Part shown: positions 36,704 through 46,272 of the stretch, piece after piece | Layout of the letters: every line of letters starts with the position of its first letter | How positions within the stretch are numbered: position 1 is the stretch's first letter | Assembly (NCBI GenBank): GCA_913050035.1 | Contig: CAJXAC010000003.1 | Span: 399-64,398 of the forward strand | Reading direction: 5' to 3' | From: an uncultured Gammaproteobacteria bacterium | GTDB taxonomy: Bacteria > Pseudomonadota > Gammaproteobacteria > Pseudomonadales > Azotimanducaceae | DNA length: 64,000 nucleotides | Made by a program: the position numbers and the translations under genes | Notes under the pieces: model-generated | What the model was told of the DNA's origin: nothing | The model's input: the letters and a program-made list of their open reading frames with translations, nothing else | Databases searched by the model: none

Positions 36704-38715
36704 GATGAACTCTGAGCGACGCTGCGTTCTCCTGGGCTTAAGATATTTGCTGGAGTGTCGAGTAATTGGTTGTAGACATAGGTGAAAGCAAGCACGTTTT
36801 TTACATAGTTGCGGGTTTCACTAAACGGTATTGTTTCTATCCATACGTCCATGGGCATGCCATCAATACCCTTTATCCAGCGATCGACTCTATGTTCGCC
36901 TGCGTTATATGCCGCGATGGCCAATGGCCGCTGACCTTCGAAGCGATCAATTAACCACGCCAGATGGTAGCTGCCTAATTGGATATTGATCTTAGGGTTG
37001 TTCAGTTGGGTGGCAAAATTGCTGGGTAATCGAGCTCGCTTTGCTACTAACTTTGCGGTGGCGGGCATCAGTTGCATTAGTCCGCGGGCGCCGGCAGGTG
37101 ATTTCGCTGTGGGCTGATAAGCCGACTCTTGTCGCGCCACAGCACGTAACAGCCCAGGAGCGACGTCTTGCTTGTGTGCGGCTGAGTTGAAATCGGAGCT
37201 AAAGGTCACAGGAAAGCGCAGGACTAAGTCGTCCATGGCCTCGGCCAAATTAGCGCTGCGTATAGCCAACGACAGATTGCCTATGTCTCTGGCCAGATGG
37301 CCTAATTTTCGTTTCTCATCATTAGTGGCCGTATCTAGTGCTCGATACCATTCCCGGCGCCCATTGAGATTTTCGCCAACGGCGAATAGTTCAATTGCGC
37401 GTTGGGCGCTGGCGTTACTGGCGAGGTCAAAAGTTGCTGGCTTGGGGGTGCCGGCCTGCAGTTTTTGCAATGGCATATCCAAAGCTAGCGCGGCCATGAA
37501 ACCATAGTAGTGTCGTTGTCCAGCAAGTTGCCGCAGCATTTTTTGTGGGTCGGGTGTATCCATGTCGGGTGGTTGAGCCGAAGCCGTTTGCTGCAGTGCC
37601 CTTGCCCACCAATACTGCCAGCGTTGGGTGGTCTTTTCGCCGCTTGGTAACTGGGTTACCCAGTGCACCAGTTCATCCCAGTTCTGCTGAGCCAGCGCTG
37701 CCTCGGCGAGCCCTTGGGTGGCAAAAGAAGATGTGAACTGCGCGCGCTCAGCTGCACTCGGAAAGGTGCCAGCTCCCGCCAATCCGACCTGAATATGCTC
37801 GGCGATGATTGAGCGTTGCACTGGGCTAAATGAGTGGGTTTCTGCATAGCGCGCCCAGGCCTTCGCCGCGTCCTCGGCGCCGTTTCTGCTCAGACGCATA
37901 AGCCCGTGCTGAATGATGGTTCTATTCTGGGCGTTGTCCCGAGCGAAACGGCTGCGCTTAGTCACACGTTTGGGTTGTGTATGCACTTGATAATAGGCCT
38001 CAGCCGCGCGTTTCTTGGTACCGGTAAAAAATCTGAGCAAATAGCGAGAAAGTTTGCGCTGGTTGTTTTTTATCGAAGCATCGAAACGTTGCCATGCTAT
38101 TTCTTCAGTAAATCGTGGGGTCGTGCGCCAGACATCGAAGATAGGATCACAGGCTTTTGGTTGGGATTTTGGGCTGAGCCAAAGATCGGTGGTCCAATCT
38201 AAGGCTTTTTTGCGCTGTTCCCGCCCATAGAGCGCACGCACGTAGTAGCAGCGCAATTCAGCGTCGCGGCTGCGCTGGTAGTCTGCGTCAGAAAAATTTT
38301 GCAGTAGCGTCGTCCAGTGGCGCTTTTGGCCAAGCTTCTTTAACCAACGGCGAAACATGATGTCGCTGGGGGCGAGATCGCTGTGTTCGTCCATAAAGCT
38401 TCTGATTTCTTTGGCTGACGCGCGGTTTAGTCGACCGTTAACGCGGTGGTAATCCAAGTATGGGCGCAACGGATAGTTATCTAGACGTTTGGCTTTTGCT
38501 CTGAATTTGCTTACGGCACCGCGGCGCAAATCTTCCAAGGCTTGTTGATACAGAGCGCGCTGCTCGAATAGGCTCGAATCGTCGTCCGCTTTTGTTGCGG
38601 CATGGGCAATGGGGGCTAGGCTGGCCAATAAAAGTAACAGTAAACTCGGGCGGAGTAACACCGCTGCCGGCAACCGATAAATTAGTGAACGAGTCTTCCC
38701 GGCGAGTAATACCAT
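36700..38715 (-). CDS. slt: soluble lytic murein transglycosylase (Slt70-like)
   Basis: Signal peptide, a long superhelical N-domain, and the C-terminal SLT catalytic region RQESAYQPTAKSPAGARGLMQLMPATA...AAYNAG. Confidence 0.9.
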   Translation of the reverse strand: MVLLAGKTRSLIYRLPAAVLLRPSLLLLLLASLAPIAHAATKADDDSSLFEQRALYQQALEDLRRGAVSKFRAKAKRLDNYPLRPYLDYHRVNGRLNRASAKEIRSFMDEHSDLAPSDIMFRRWLKKLGQKRHWTTLLQNFSDADYQRSRDAELRCYYVRALYGREQRKKALDWTTDLWLSPKSQPKACDPIFDVWRTTPRFTEEIAWQRFDASIKNNQRKLSRYLLRFFTGTKKRAAEAYYQVHTQPKRVTKRSRFARDNAQNRTIIQHGLMRLSRNGAEDAAKAWARYAETHSFSPVQRSIIAEHIQVGLAGAGTFPSAAERAQFTSSFATQGLAEAALAQQNWDELVHWVTQLPSGEKTTQRWQYWWARALQQTASAQPPDMDTPDPQKMLRQLAGQRHYYGFMAALALDMPLQKLQAGTPKPATFDLASNASAQRAIELFAVGENLNGRREWYRALDTATNDEKRKLGHLARDIGNLSLAIRSANLAEAMDDLVLRFPVTFSSDFNSAAHKQDVAPGLLRAVARQESAYQPTAKSPAGARGLMQLMPATAKLVAKRARLPSNFATQLNNPKINIQLGSYHLAWLIDRFEGQRPLAIAAYNAGEHRVDRWIKGIDGMPMDVWIETIPFSETRNYVKNVLAFTYVYNQLLDTPANILSPGERSVAQSSS

Positions 38716-38739
38716 TAAAAATTCAGTTAACAGGCGGGT

Positions 38740-39192
38740 CTAGGTAGATTCGCTGTCGTCATGGCCAACGCGCACGGCCAAAACGTCGCAACTGGCACCA
38801 TGTAGAACGCCATTGGCTGTAGAGCCTAGTAGCAGTGCTAAGCCATGCCTTCCGTGGCTGCCGACGACAATAATATCTGCTCCTGCTTCCTCAGCGGTGC
38901 GCTGAATCTCGCTCTCCGGCCGACCAAAAATAAGATGTTGGTGGGTTTCCGGAACATTCAAAGTGGCTGAAAATTCTTGCAAATGGGCTGCGGCTTGATC
39001 CTGGATTTGCTCTTGGACGGTCGATAGGTCCATGGGCACATCACCCCCGTAGGCAAGGCTCAATGGCTCGATAACGTGCACAACGTGAAGCTCGGCGTCA
39101 AAGGCATTCACCAGTTGGGTCGCGCGCTCGGCGACTTTGAGAGATTCCTCAGTCAGGTCTACTGCCAGCATAATTTTTTGGTACTTAGACAT
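38740..39192 (-). CDS. universal stress protein (UspA family)
   Basis: 150 aa. ADIIVVGSHGRHGLALLLGSTANGVLHGASCDVLAV is the ATP-binding Usp motif. Confidence 0.9.
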   Translation of the reverse strand: MSKYQKIMLAVDLTEESLKVAERATQLVNAFDAELHVVHVIEPLSLAYGGDVPMDLSTVQEQIQDQAAAHLQEFSATLNVPETHQHLIFGRPESEIQRTAEEAGADIIVVGSHGRHGLALLLGSTANGVLHGASCDVLAVRVGHDDSEST

Positions 39193-39246
39193 TGTGCAAG
39201 CCTTGCGTGCTGATCGCTATTGGGCGGAAGATACAATGTCCTTCTG

Positions 39247-39909
39247 ATGCTAACAAGTAGGGGTAGATGGGTGGTTTGGTTAATTATTGTGGCAGTGCTA
39301 GCTCTGGCAGTTGGTCCTATTTTCTACCTTTTACCGAGTGCGCAAGATCGCTTTCTTGCAGGCCTGCGTCAGCATGCGCGGCAATTGGGGTTTTCCATGC
39401 AGCTGCAGAGACTAGCGAAATTGAATCCGACCGCAGCCGAACGGGTCAGCGCTTCCGGCCAACAGCGTGCCCCGGTGGTTGAATGCATGCGCTATCAGTG
39501 GCTGATACGGGAACCAATACATGCACCACTCGACATAGTGTTACGGCGCTTGCCCGACTCAGTCACAGTGTCTGTGCAAGAGGCGATTGCGGGTTGGGGT
39601 GTTGCTAAGTCGGGTGAGCGACGAAATACAGACCACGCAGGGCTGCTTGAAATAGCCCAACACTTAGAGCTGCAACACAGCTTATTCGAGTGTGTACGGA
39701 ATTTGCCGGATGCAGTTTTAGCGCTGGGTATTGAAGCACGCTCGGTAAGCATTTACTGGCACGAGGAGGCGGCTGTGCCAAGAAGCGCCGATGAAAAAGG
39801 CCGACTTGCTGATGGCAAAAACCTGATAGAGGATTTACGTGGTCGTCTACAAACTTTGGCATTGGCAATCGTCCAGACCTATGGCGAGCGCGACAATGCG
39901 CCCTCGTAA
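39247..39909 (+). CDS. hypothetical membrane-anchored protein
   Basis: ATG at 39247, a single TM helix (WVVWLIIVAVLALAVGPIFYLL), and a soluble C-terminal domain. No family recognised. Confidence 0.45.
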   Translation: MLTSRGRWVVWLIIVAVLALAVGPIFYLLPSAQDRFLAGLRQHARQLGFSMQLQRLAKLNPTAAERVSASGQQRAPVVECMRYQWLIREPIHAPLDIVLRRLPDSVTVSVQEAIAGWGVAKSGERRNTDHAGLLEIAQHLELQHSLFECVRNLPDAVLALGIEARSVSIYWHEEAAVPRSADEKGRLADGKNLIEDLRGRLQTLALAIVQTYGERDNAPS

Positions 39910-39989
39910 ATGCTTCGGTCCGGGGCTCTGTGCACTTTCACAGAGGTGCCGTCGACTCAGACAAGTTTGTTACGAAGTGGAGGGATTTC

Positions 39990-40019
39990 TTGACAGCAAT
40001 GATCTCCTAGGCCTATAAA
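39990..40019 (+). promoter_or_regulatory. sigma-70-like promoter upstream of topA
   Basis: TTGACA at 39990-39995, an 18-nt spacer, and TATAAA at 40014-40019, about 95 nt upstream of the topA ATG. Confidence 0.4.
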
Positions 40020-40113
40020 TCGCGCGTCGTGAACTGCGTGGCTTGAATTTCCGGGTGTAATGGACACTCATGCCGCGTTTTATTTATACAATTTGCTATT
40101 TTCATGGAGTTTT

Positions 40114-42756
40114 ATGGCTAGATCATTGGTCATCGTCGAATCGCCGGCCAAAGCGAAGACCATTAATAAGTATTTGGGTAGCGACTATATTGTGAAGTCC
40201 AGTGTTGGGCATATTCGCGATTTACCTACGGGCGCCCGTGCAGCTGACCCAAAAGCTAGAGCTAAGGAAGCGCAAAAGACTAAGGCGCTGCCGCCAGAGG
40301 AGCGTGCTGCATACAAGAAGAAGCGCGCGCGCGAGCAACTTGTGCGGCGCATGGGCATCAATCCCGATCAATCCTGGTCTGCTGAGTACGAAATTTTGCC
40401 CGGCAAAGAAAAAGTAGTGGACGAACTGCGGCGCTTAGCGAAAAGCGCACCTACCGTTTATCTTGCAACGGATCTTGATCGTGAAGGCGAGGCTATTGCT
40501 TGGCACCTGCGAGAGGCGATAGGCGGTGATGAAAGTCGCTATCGTCGCGTGGTGTTCAACGAAATCACCCAGAAAGCGATTCAGGAAGCCTTCGTTGATC
40601 CAGGCGAATTGGATATGAACCGCGTATATGCCCAGCAGGCTAGGCGCTTTCTCGACCGAGTGGTCGGTTTTGAACTTTCACCTTTGCTCTGGTCCAAAGT
40701 AGCGCGAGGGTTGTCCGCTGGTCGAGTGCAAAGCGTGGCGGTAAAACTTATCGTCGAGCGAGAGCGTGAAATTCGCGCCTTTGTGCCTGAGGAGTATTGG
40801 GACTTGTTTGCGGATTTACTGCGCGATGGCGATGCCGCACCCATTCGATTTCAGGTAAGCCGTCAGGCTGGAGAAGCGTTTCGGCCGCAGAGTCAGATGG
40901 TTACCGAAGAGGCTATGGCTGCGCTGCAAGGTGCGGAATTCTCTGTCAGCCAACGTGAGGACCGTCCCACACGAACGAAACCTAATGCACCTTTTATAAC
41001 GTCAACTTTGCAACAGTCCGCCAGTACCCGCCTGAGTTTTTCCGTTAAGAAAACCATGACCATGGCCCAGCGCCTGTATGAAGCAGGCTACATCACTTAT
41101 ATGCGGACGGATTCTACAAATCTCAGCGCGGAAGCGGTTGAGGCATGCCGAGACCATGTATTAACTGAATTCGGTGCAGCGTACTTGCCAGAGCAAAAGC
41201 GCACCTACACGGCCAAGGACGACGCCCAAGAGGCTCACGAGGCAATTAGACCCTCCGATGTCAATGTTCGTCCTGAACAATTGAATGGCGTTGATGCAGA
41301 TGCGGTGCGCCTCTACGATCTTATTCGCAATCAGTTCATGGCATGCCAGATGACCGATGCGGAATATCTGAGCACGTCCATTAAAGCTCAGGCCGCAGAC
41401 TTCGAGTTACGGATTCGCGGCCGTATTTTGAAATTCGACGGGTTCACTCGAGTGCTGCCGCCATTGTCGCGAAAGGAAGAGGACACGCCGCTGCCAGATT
41501 TGCAGCCTGGGCAAGTTCTAACCCTAAATGGGCTTGAACCTGTTCAACATTTCACCAAACCAACGCCGCGGTTTGGTGAAGCTAGTCTGGTTAGGGAATT
41601 GGAAAAGCTTGGCATAGGGCGCCCATCTACCTACGCGAGCATTATTTCTACAATTCAGGATCGTGGCTATGTGAGCCTCAATAACCGCCGCTTTTATGCC
41701 GAGAAAATAGGCGAATTGGTAACGGACCGATTATCAGAAAATTTCACTAACCTGATGGATTACGGCTTCACAGCGGGTATGGAAGAAGAACTCGACAAAG
41801 TCGCTCATGGTGAAGCGATGTGGAATCAGGTGCTTGATAATTTCTATACTGATTTTAGTTCTAAGCTCGATCAAGCCCAAGCGCTTGAGGGTGGTATGCG
41901 GCCCAATGCGCCAACAGATACCGATATTGAATGCCCTACTTGCGGGCGGCATATGCAAATCCGCAACGGCTCTACAGGTGTGTTCTTGGGCTGCTCTGGA
42001 TATAGCCTAAAGCCGAAAGAGCGCTGTACCACTACCATGAACCTGATTCCGGGCGAAGAGGCCGTAGACGTTGATCTGGATGAAGAGGGCGAATCCAAAT
42101 TACTCCGGCGTATGAAGAAGTGCCCAAAGTGCCAAACGCCAATGCTTAGTCACCTCCTCGACGAACAACGCAAACTGCATATTTGCGGCAATAGTCCGGA
42201 TTGTGATGGTTACTTGATTGAGCGTGGTCAGTTCAAAATCAAAGGCTATGACGGCCCAGTCCTCGACTGCGATAAGTGCGGTGCAGAAATGCAGCTAAAG
42301 TCAGGACGTTTTGGTAAGTATTTTGGCTGCACAGAATGCAAAAATACTCGTAAGTTACTGCGAAATGGTGAGCCGGCGCCGCCAAAAGCAGATCCAGTGC
42401 CCATGCCCGAGCTGGAGTGCGAGAAAGTACCGGATCATTACTTGTTGCGTGATGGAGCTTCCGGCATTTTCTTGGCCGCCAGTCAGTTCCCAAAGCACCG
42501 TGAAACCCGTGCGCCGAAGGTGATCGAGATCAAGCCTCATGCGAATGAGCTTGATCCAAAGTTTCAGTACTTAGTTGAAGCTCCTGAGCGCGATCCTGAC
42601 GGTAATCTGGCGATCATCCGCTACAGTCGCAAGACCAAGGAGCAGTACGTGCAGTCCGAAATTGAGGGCAAGGCGACTGGCTGGAAAGCCTACTATCAGG
42701 ACGGTCGTTGGGTAGAAGAGCTCAAGGCCGCGAAGAAGGCGAAAACGTCGGCCTAG
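40114..42756 (+). CDS. topA: DNA topoisomerase I
   Basis: [22 protein letters not shown] (TOPRIM), the active-site region YITYMRTDS, and C-terminal CxxC zinc ribbons. ATG at 40114. Confidence 0.95.
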   Translation: MARSLVIVESPAKAKTINKYLGSDYIVKSSVGHIRDLPTGARAADPKARAKEAQKTKALPPEERAAYKKKRAREQLVRRMGINPDQSWSAEYEILPGKEKVVDELRRLAKSAPTVYLATDLDREGEAIAWHLREAIGGDESRYRRVVFNEITQKAIQEAFVDPGELDMNRVYAQQARRFLDRVVGFELSPLLWSKVARGLSAGRVQSVAVKLIVEREREIRAFVPEEYWDLFADLLRDGDAAPIRFQVSRQAGEAFRPQSQMVTEEAMAALQGAEFSVSQREDRPTRTKPNAPFITSTLQQSASTRLSFSVKKTMTMAQRLYEAGYITYMRTDSTNLSAEAVEACRDHVLTEFGAAYLPEQKRTYTAKDDAQEAHEAIRPSDVNVRPEQLNGVDADAVRLYDLIRNQFMACQMTDAEYLSTSIKAQAADFELRIRGRILKFDGFTRVLPPLSRKEEDTPLPDLQPGQVLTLNGLEPVQHFTKPTPRFGEASLVRELEKLGIGRPSTYASIISTIQDRGYVSLNNRRFYAEKIGELVTDRLSENFTNLMDYGFTAGMEEELDKVAHGEAMWNQVLDNFYTDFSSKLDQAQALEGGMRPNAPTDTDIECPTCGRHMQIRNGSTGVFLGCSGYSLKPKERCTTTMNLIPGEEAVDVDLDEEGESKLLRRMKKCPKCQTPMLSHLLDEQRKLHICGNSPDCDGYLIERGQFKIKGYDGPVLDCDKCGAEMQLKSGRFGKYFGCTECKNTRKLLRNGEPAPPKADPVPMPELECEKVPDHYLLRDGASGIFLAASQFPKHRETRAPKVIEIKPHANELDPKFQYLVEAPERDPDGNLAIIRYSRKTKEQYVQSEIEGKATGWKAYYQDGRWVEELKAAKKAKTSA

Positions 42757-42786
42757 GAGCCAACCGGTTAGCGGCCAGGTAAAGGG

Positions 42787-43422
42787 CTAAAGGTGCTGGC
42801 GAATAACGCCAACCGACAAGCCCTCAATCGCAAAGTTTTGGGTCGCTAAATCTACTTCAATTGGCTGGTAGGCGTCGTTTTCTGGAAGCAGCATCACTTG
42901 GTTGCGGCGTTTCGTGCGTTGAAAGCGTTTCACGGTAACTTCCTGTTCGATTCGTGCCACCACGATTTGGCCATGGGTTGCGACCTCAGTTTTATGAACG
43001 GCTAATAAATCGCCGTCGAATATGCCCGCGTTCATCATGCTGTCACCGCGAACGCGCAGTAGATAGTCGGCATGAGGTTGGAAAAAGCTCGCCGGCAAAT
43101 CGATGCGGTCTTCAATGTTTTCCTCAGCCAATATGGGGTCGCCGGCTGCGACTCGACCCACAACGGGTAACCCCGGATCCACTAAATCGGGTAGGCGTAT
43201 GCCCCGCGACGTTCCTGGAATCATTTCTATCGCGCCTTTGCGAGCCAGTGCTTTCAGGTGCTCTTCCGCTGCATTTGCAGACTTAAATCCAAGTTCTTTT
43301 GCGATATCAGCTCGTGTTGGTGGATAGCCAGTATCGACTATGTACTGACGAATCAGCTCCAGCACCTGAGTTTGCCGCGCGGTAAGAGCAGCGGGAGTCG
43401 TCATTTGGCTTACATTGGCCAT
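42787..43422 (-). CDS. lexA: LexA repressor
   Basis: [12 protein letters not shown]...[20 protein letters not shown] region, the VAAG cleavage site, and the Ser/Lys dyad context GDSMMNAG ... VTVKRF. Confidence 0.95.
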   Translation of the reverse strand: MANVSQMTTPAALTARQTQVLELIRQYIVDTGYPPTRADIAKELGFKSANAAEEHLKALARKGAIEMIPGTSRGIRLPDLVDPGLPVVGRVAAGDPILAEENIEDRIDLPASFFQPHADYLLRVRGDSMMNAGIFDGDLLAVHKTEVATHGQIVVARIEQEVTVKRFQRTKRRNQVMLLPENDAYQPIEVDLATQNFAIEGLSVGVIRQHL

Positions 43423-43430
43423 AGCGGATC

Positions 43431-43446
43431 CTGGGTAAACATACAG
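43431..43446 (-). promoter_or_regulatory. SOS box 1 (LexA operator) upstream of lexA
   Basis: On the lexA strand it reads CTGTATGTTTACCCAG (CTGT-N8-CCAG), 9 nt upstream of the start codon. Confidence 0.7.
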
Positions 43447-43448
43447 TG

Positions 43449-43464
43449 CTGGTAGTATATACAG
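43449..43464 (-). promoter_or_regulatory. SOS box 2 (LexA operator) upstream of lexA
   Basis: On the lexA strand it reads CTGTATATACTACCAG. The tandem arrangement mirrors the two operators of E. coli lexA. Confidence 0.7.
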
Positions 43465-43613
43465 AGGTTGGGGCGCCTGACCAGTGCCAATTTGCTAAAA
43501 CCCGATTCAGTTCAGTGCCTTCATATGATGGATTCGCTGCGCGTACGCGCTACTATGGTTCGTGCGCTTCGAGTAAGAGCATAGTCAGCAATTTCAAGCC
43601 AACGGATTTTTGT

Positions 43614-44690
43614 ATGCAAACAATATTGGATTTTTTGGCCACTCATGGCTGGATTGCCGAAGTCTTTCTCATAATGTTACTCACGGCAGTGCTCCGCCTT
43701 ATGCTTAAAGTGTCCCTAGATCGCTTGGCGCGACAGGCACAAAAGAGCAAAAACTACTGGGACGATGCGCTGGTAGAGGCAGGGCGCCGTCCTGCAGGCA
43801 TAGCGGTGTGGGCGCTGGGCATTAGTCTCGCGGCAGAAGTGGTTGGGGGCGATGCCCAAGCGGAGATCTTTCAGTACATCGACAGCATGCGCGACGTGGC
43901 TGTGGTGTGGTTACTGGTGTGGTTTGCCCTGCGTTTCATTCGCATGATTGAAGAGCACTACATAGCGAATCACACCGAAGATAAGTCCCTTGATCAAACT
44001 ACCGCGTCTGCGGTGGGCAAGCTTTTACGAGCCACCGTTGCGATCACTGGAACGTTGCTTGTGCTGCAGGCTTTTGGGGTGTCTGTTTCTGGAGTTTTGG
44101 CGTTTGGTGGTATCGGCGGCATCGCTATTGGTTTTGCCGCGCGGGATCTGCTCGCAAACTTTTTTGGCGCCTTGATGATTTTCTTAGATCGTCCGTTTTC
44201 GGTAGGCGATTGGGTGCGTTCACCAGACCGAGATATCGAAGGTACTGTGGAAGATATCGGGTGGCGATTAACGCGCATACGCACGTTCGATAAGCGGCCG
44301 CTTTATTTGCCTAATTCAATTTTTTCGAGTCTGGCGGTGGAAAATCCTTCGCGCATGTATAACCGGCGTATTTACGAGACTATAGGGCTTCGTTATGACG
44401 ATATTGGCTCTATGGAGGGTATCGTCACCGGTGTGCGCGAGATGTTGCAGCAAAGTGACGAAATCGATCAGCAGCAGGTTTTAATGGTGAATTTTGTGAC
44501 CTTTGGGCCGTCGTCCGTAGACTTCTTCATTTATGCGTTTACCAAGACGGTTGATTGGCAGACCTATCATGAAGTTAAACAGCGCATATTGTTAAACATT
44601 GCGCAAATTATTGAACGGCATAACGCGGAAATTGCCTTCCCTACGCAGACCTTGCATGTGTTACCAGAACCCGGAGGCGATGCTCGGTGA
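43614..44690 (+). CDS. mechanosensitive ion channel (MscS family)
   Basis: TM helices followed by ANFFGALMIFLDRPFSVGDWV...GTVEDIGWRLTRIRTFDKRPLYLPNS, the MscS pore and beta-domain signature. ATG at 43614. Confidence 0.85.
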   Translation: MQTILDFLATHGWIAEVFLIMLLTAVLRLMLKVSLDRLARQAQKSKNYWDDALVEAGRRPAGIAVWALGISLAAEVVGGDAQAEIFQYIDSMRDVAVVWLLVWFALRFIRMIEEHYIANHTEDKSLDQTTASAVGKLLRATVAITGTLLVLQAFGVSVSGVLAFGGIGGIAIGFAARDLLANFFGALMIFLDRPFSVGDWVRSPDRDIEGTVEDIGWRLTRIRTFDKRPLYLPNSIFSSLAVENPSRMYNRRIYETIGLRYDDIGSMEGIVTGVREMLQQSDEIDQQQVLMVNFVTFGPSSVDFFIYAFTKTVDWQTYHEVKQRILLNIAQIIERHNAEIAFPTQTLHVLPEPGGDAR

Positions 44691-45268
44691 TGAATCTTGG
44701 CGACTTGCCCTATGCGAGTGGTGTGCCGGATGAAGTGAGTCGAGGTTTTTCTCAGGCAGAACAGTTGTATTCGCCCGCGCGGATGAGTCAGGCCATTGAT
44801 CGCATGGCCATCGGGATAACTGTCGCTTTGCAAGACCAAAATCCAGTATTGCTAAGTCTGCTGCCCGGTGGCCTATTTTTGACCGGCCAGTTAATGGCGC
44901 GTTTGGTTATGCCCATGCAAATTGGCTATTTGGACATCGGCGGTAGTGCGGAAAGCCAGCATGAGCCTCAGGCCAGTTGGCGTAACAGTTCCCATCCTGA
45001 GTTGCGTGGGCGTAATGTTTTGCTGGTTGGGGATGTCCTGAATTGTGCATCGACTCTGCAAGCATTACGGGACTGGTTGCTTACCCAAGAGGTCGCTTCG
45101 TCGCATTACGCGGTGATGGTAGAGCAACCCGCCGCAGACTCATCTAACCGTAGCGCAGTGGCAGATTTTGTCGGTGTGGAGGCCCCAAATCGGCCTATAT
45201 TTGGTTGTGGCACAGATTTTTGTGGCTACGGTCGCAACTTGCCGGCACTCTACGCTATTGCGCGCTAG
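44690..45268 (+). CDS. type I phosphoribosyltransferase-like protein (HPRT-like, atypical PRPP loop)
   Basis: The ATG overlaps the MscS stop (TGATG). The PRT-like core NVLLVGDVLNCASTLQAL deviates from the canonical hhhhEDhhDTGxT. Confidence 0.6.
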   Translation: MNLGDLPYASGVPDEVSRGFSQAEQLYSPARMSQAIDRMAIGITVALQDQNPVLLSLLPGGLFLTGQLMARLVMPMQIGYLDIGGSAESQHEPQASWRNSSHPELRGRNVLLVGDVLNCASTLQALRDWLLTQEVASSHYAVMVEQPAADSSNRSAVADFVGVEAPNRPIFGCGTDFCGYGRNLPALYAIAR

Positions 45269-46271
45269 TTAATGCCTTAGCCTCTTGTAAGGCACGCCAG
45301 CTACTTTCTAGCGTCGGGTTAGCCGCAATGGGCTCAATATTGATCAGTACGCCCATCAACGGGTGGTCTAGATAGTGCAATTCGCCACTGCGCATGCGCC
45401 GGCTCTCATTCAATAACGCGTATTGGTTTGAAGAAGGGTCCGGATGTAACCACAACTTAGTGTTGGCGTGCAGGTAGCGGCCCAGGGTTATGCCAATGTG
45501 GCCGTTTAGGCGCATGAACTGGGTCGTCAGCTGTAGATTTTGCACAGGTAAATGGATGCGTTGCGGCGCGTCCCGAGGAGGCACTGGCTGTTGCCAACGC
45601 CCGTGGAAAACTACGTTCAGTTCTGGTGCTAAAGCAATACTACGCAGCTGTTCCTGTAGCATTAGTTGCTCATCGTTCAGCCACTGCCAACTGCCGCTGT
45701 CTATGTTGTCGTTGAATTGTTGCAGGGCGCGCATGAAGTTTTCTTCGGCACCGCTGATCGGTGAAACCGTAACGGTTTCAACTGTTTCAGTATCCGGTTC
45801 GGGCTCATAAACGTCTATAGGATCGACGCTGAGTGGGTTAGTTTCTGCGGCCGTGAGCGGTGGTATCAGTGTTATTTGGCTACCTGCTGGGGAAAATTCA
45901 TTCAGCAGTTCTGTTTCAAAGCCGTTGCTTAAGACGATTTTCATGAAGTCCGGCAGTTGGGCATCGGCGTCCACTCGACAGTAGCGGCGATTTAAGGTGG
46001 CGGTCCAAAATTGATTTGAGTTTTGTGCTCGCTGCTGGATGTGCTGAGCCGGTAAGGCCATAAGATCTTGGGGCCAGACTGGTTGCGGCTCCTCCTGCAA
46101 CGGCTCCATGAGGGTGTCACTCGTGGGTTCGCGCAAAAATACGATCACTTCAATAGCGAACCGGTTGGCCGGCAGCGCATCCTTCAAGTTTGTCAGATCT
46201 CGAGGCGTGGTCGCGCTTGCGTAAATGCTTAAACCGCAGCATAGTATAAATGTCAGCGGGCGCCACATCAT
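45255..46271 (-). CDS. CsiV-like peptidoglycan-associated protein
   Basis: Signal peptide, N-terminal RFAIEVIVF and C-terminal LHYLDHPLMGVLINIEP resemble my memory of the CsiV family. It lies immediately downstream of mfd. Confidence 0.55.
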   Translation of the reverse strand: MMWRPLTFILCCGLSIYASATTPRDLTNLKDALPANRFAIEVIVFLREPTSDTLMEPLQEEPQPVWPQDLMALPAQHIQQRAQNSNQFWTATLNRRYCRVDADAQLPDFMKIVLSNGFETELLNEFSPAGSQITLIPPLTAAETNPLSVDPIDVYEPEPDTETVETVTVSPISGAEENFMRALQQFNDNIDSGSWQWLNDEQLMLQEQLRSIALAPELNVVFHGRWQQPVPPRDAPQRIHLPVQNLQLTTQFMRLNGHIGITLGRYLHANTKLWLHPDPSSNQYALLNESRRMRSGELHYLDHPLMGVLINIEPIAANPTLESSWRALQEAKALTSAQ

Positions 46272-46272
46272 T

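Noticed and set aside
39926-39945. Perfect 7-bp hairpin after the hypothetical gene, considered as a Rho-independent terminator
   Set aside because: No T-tract follows it. It is mentioned only as a structure, not called as a terminator.
40060-40113. N-terminal extensions offered by the ORF track for topA. The same applies to MscS (43446-43613), nadK (15064-15153), cysE (15002-15109), KorA (51727-51816), KorC-like (49958-50035), ThuA (6589-6675) and the C39-like gene (34345-34506).
   Set aside because: The extensions precede the conserved protein N-termini, overlap neighbouring genes or promoters, and lack RBS support. Internal ATGs with RBS-like sequences or stop-start overlaps were preferred.
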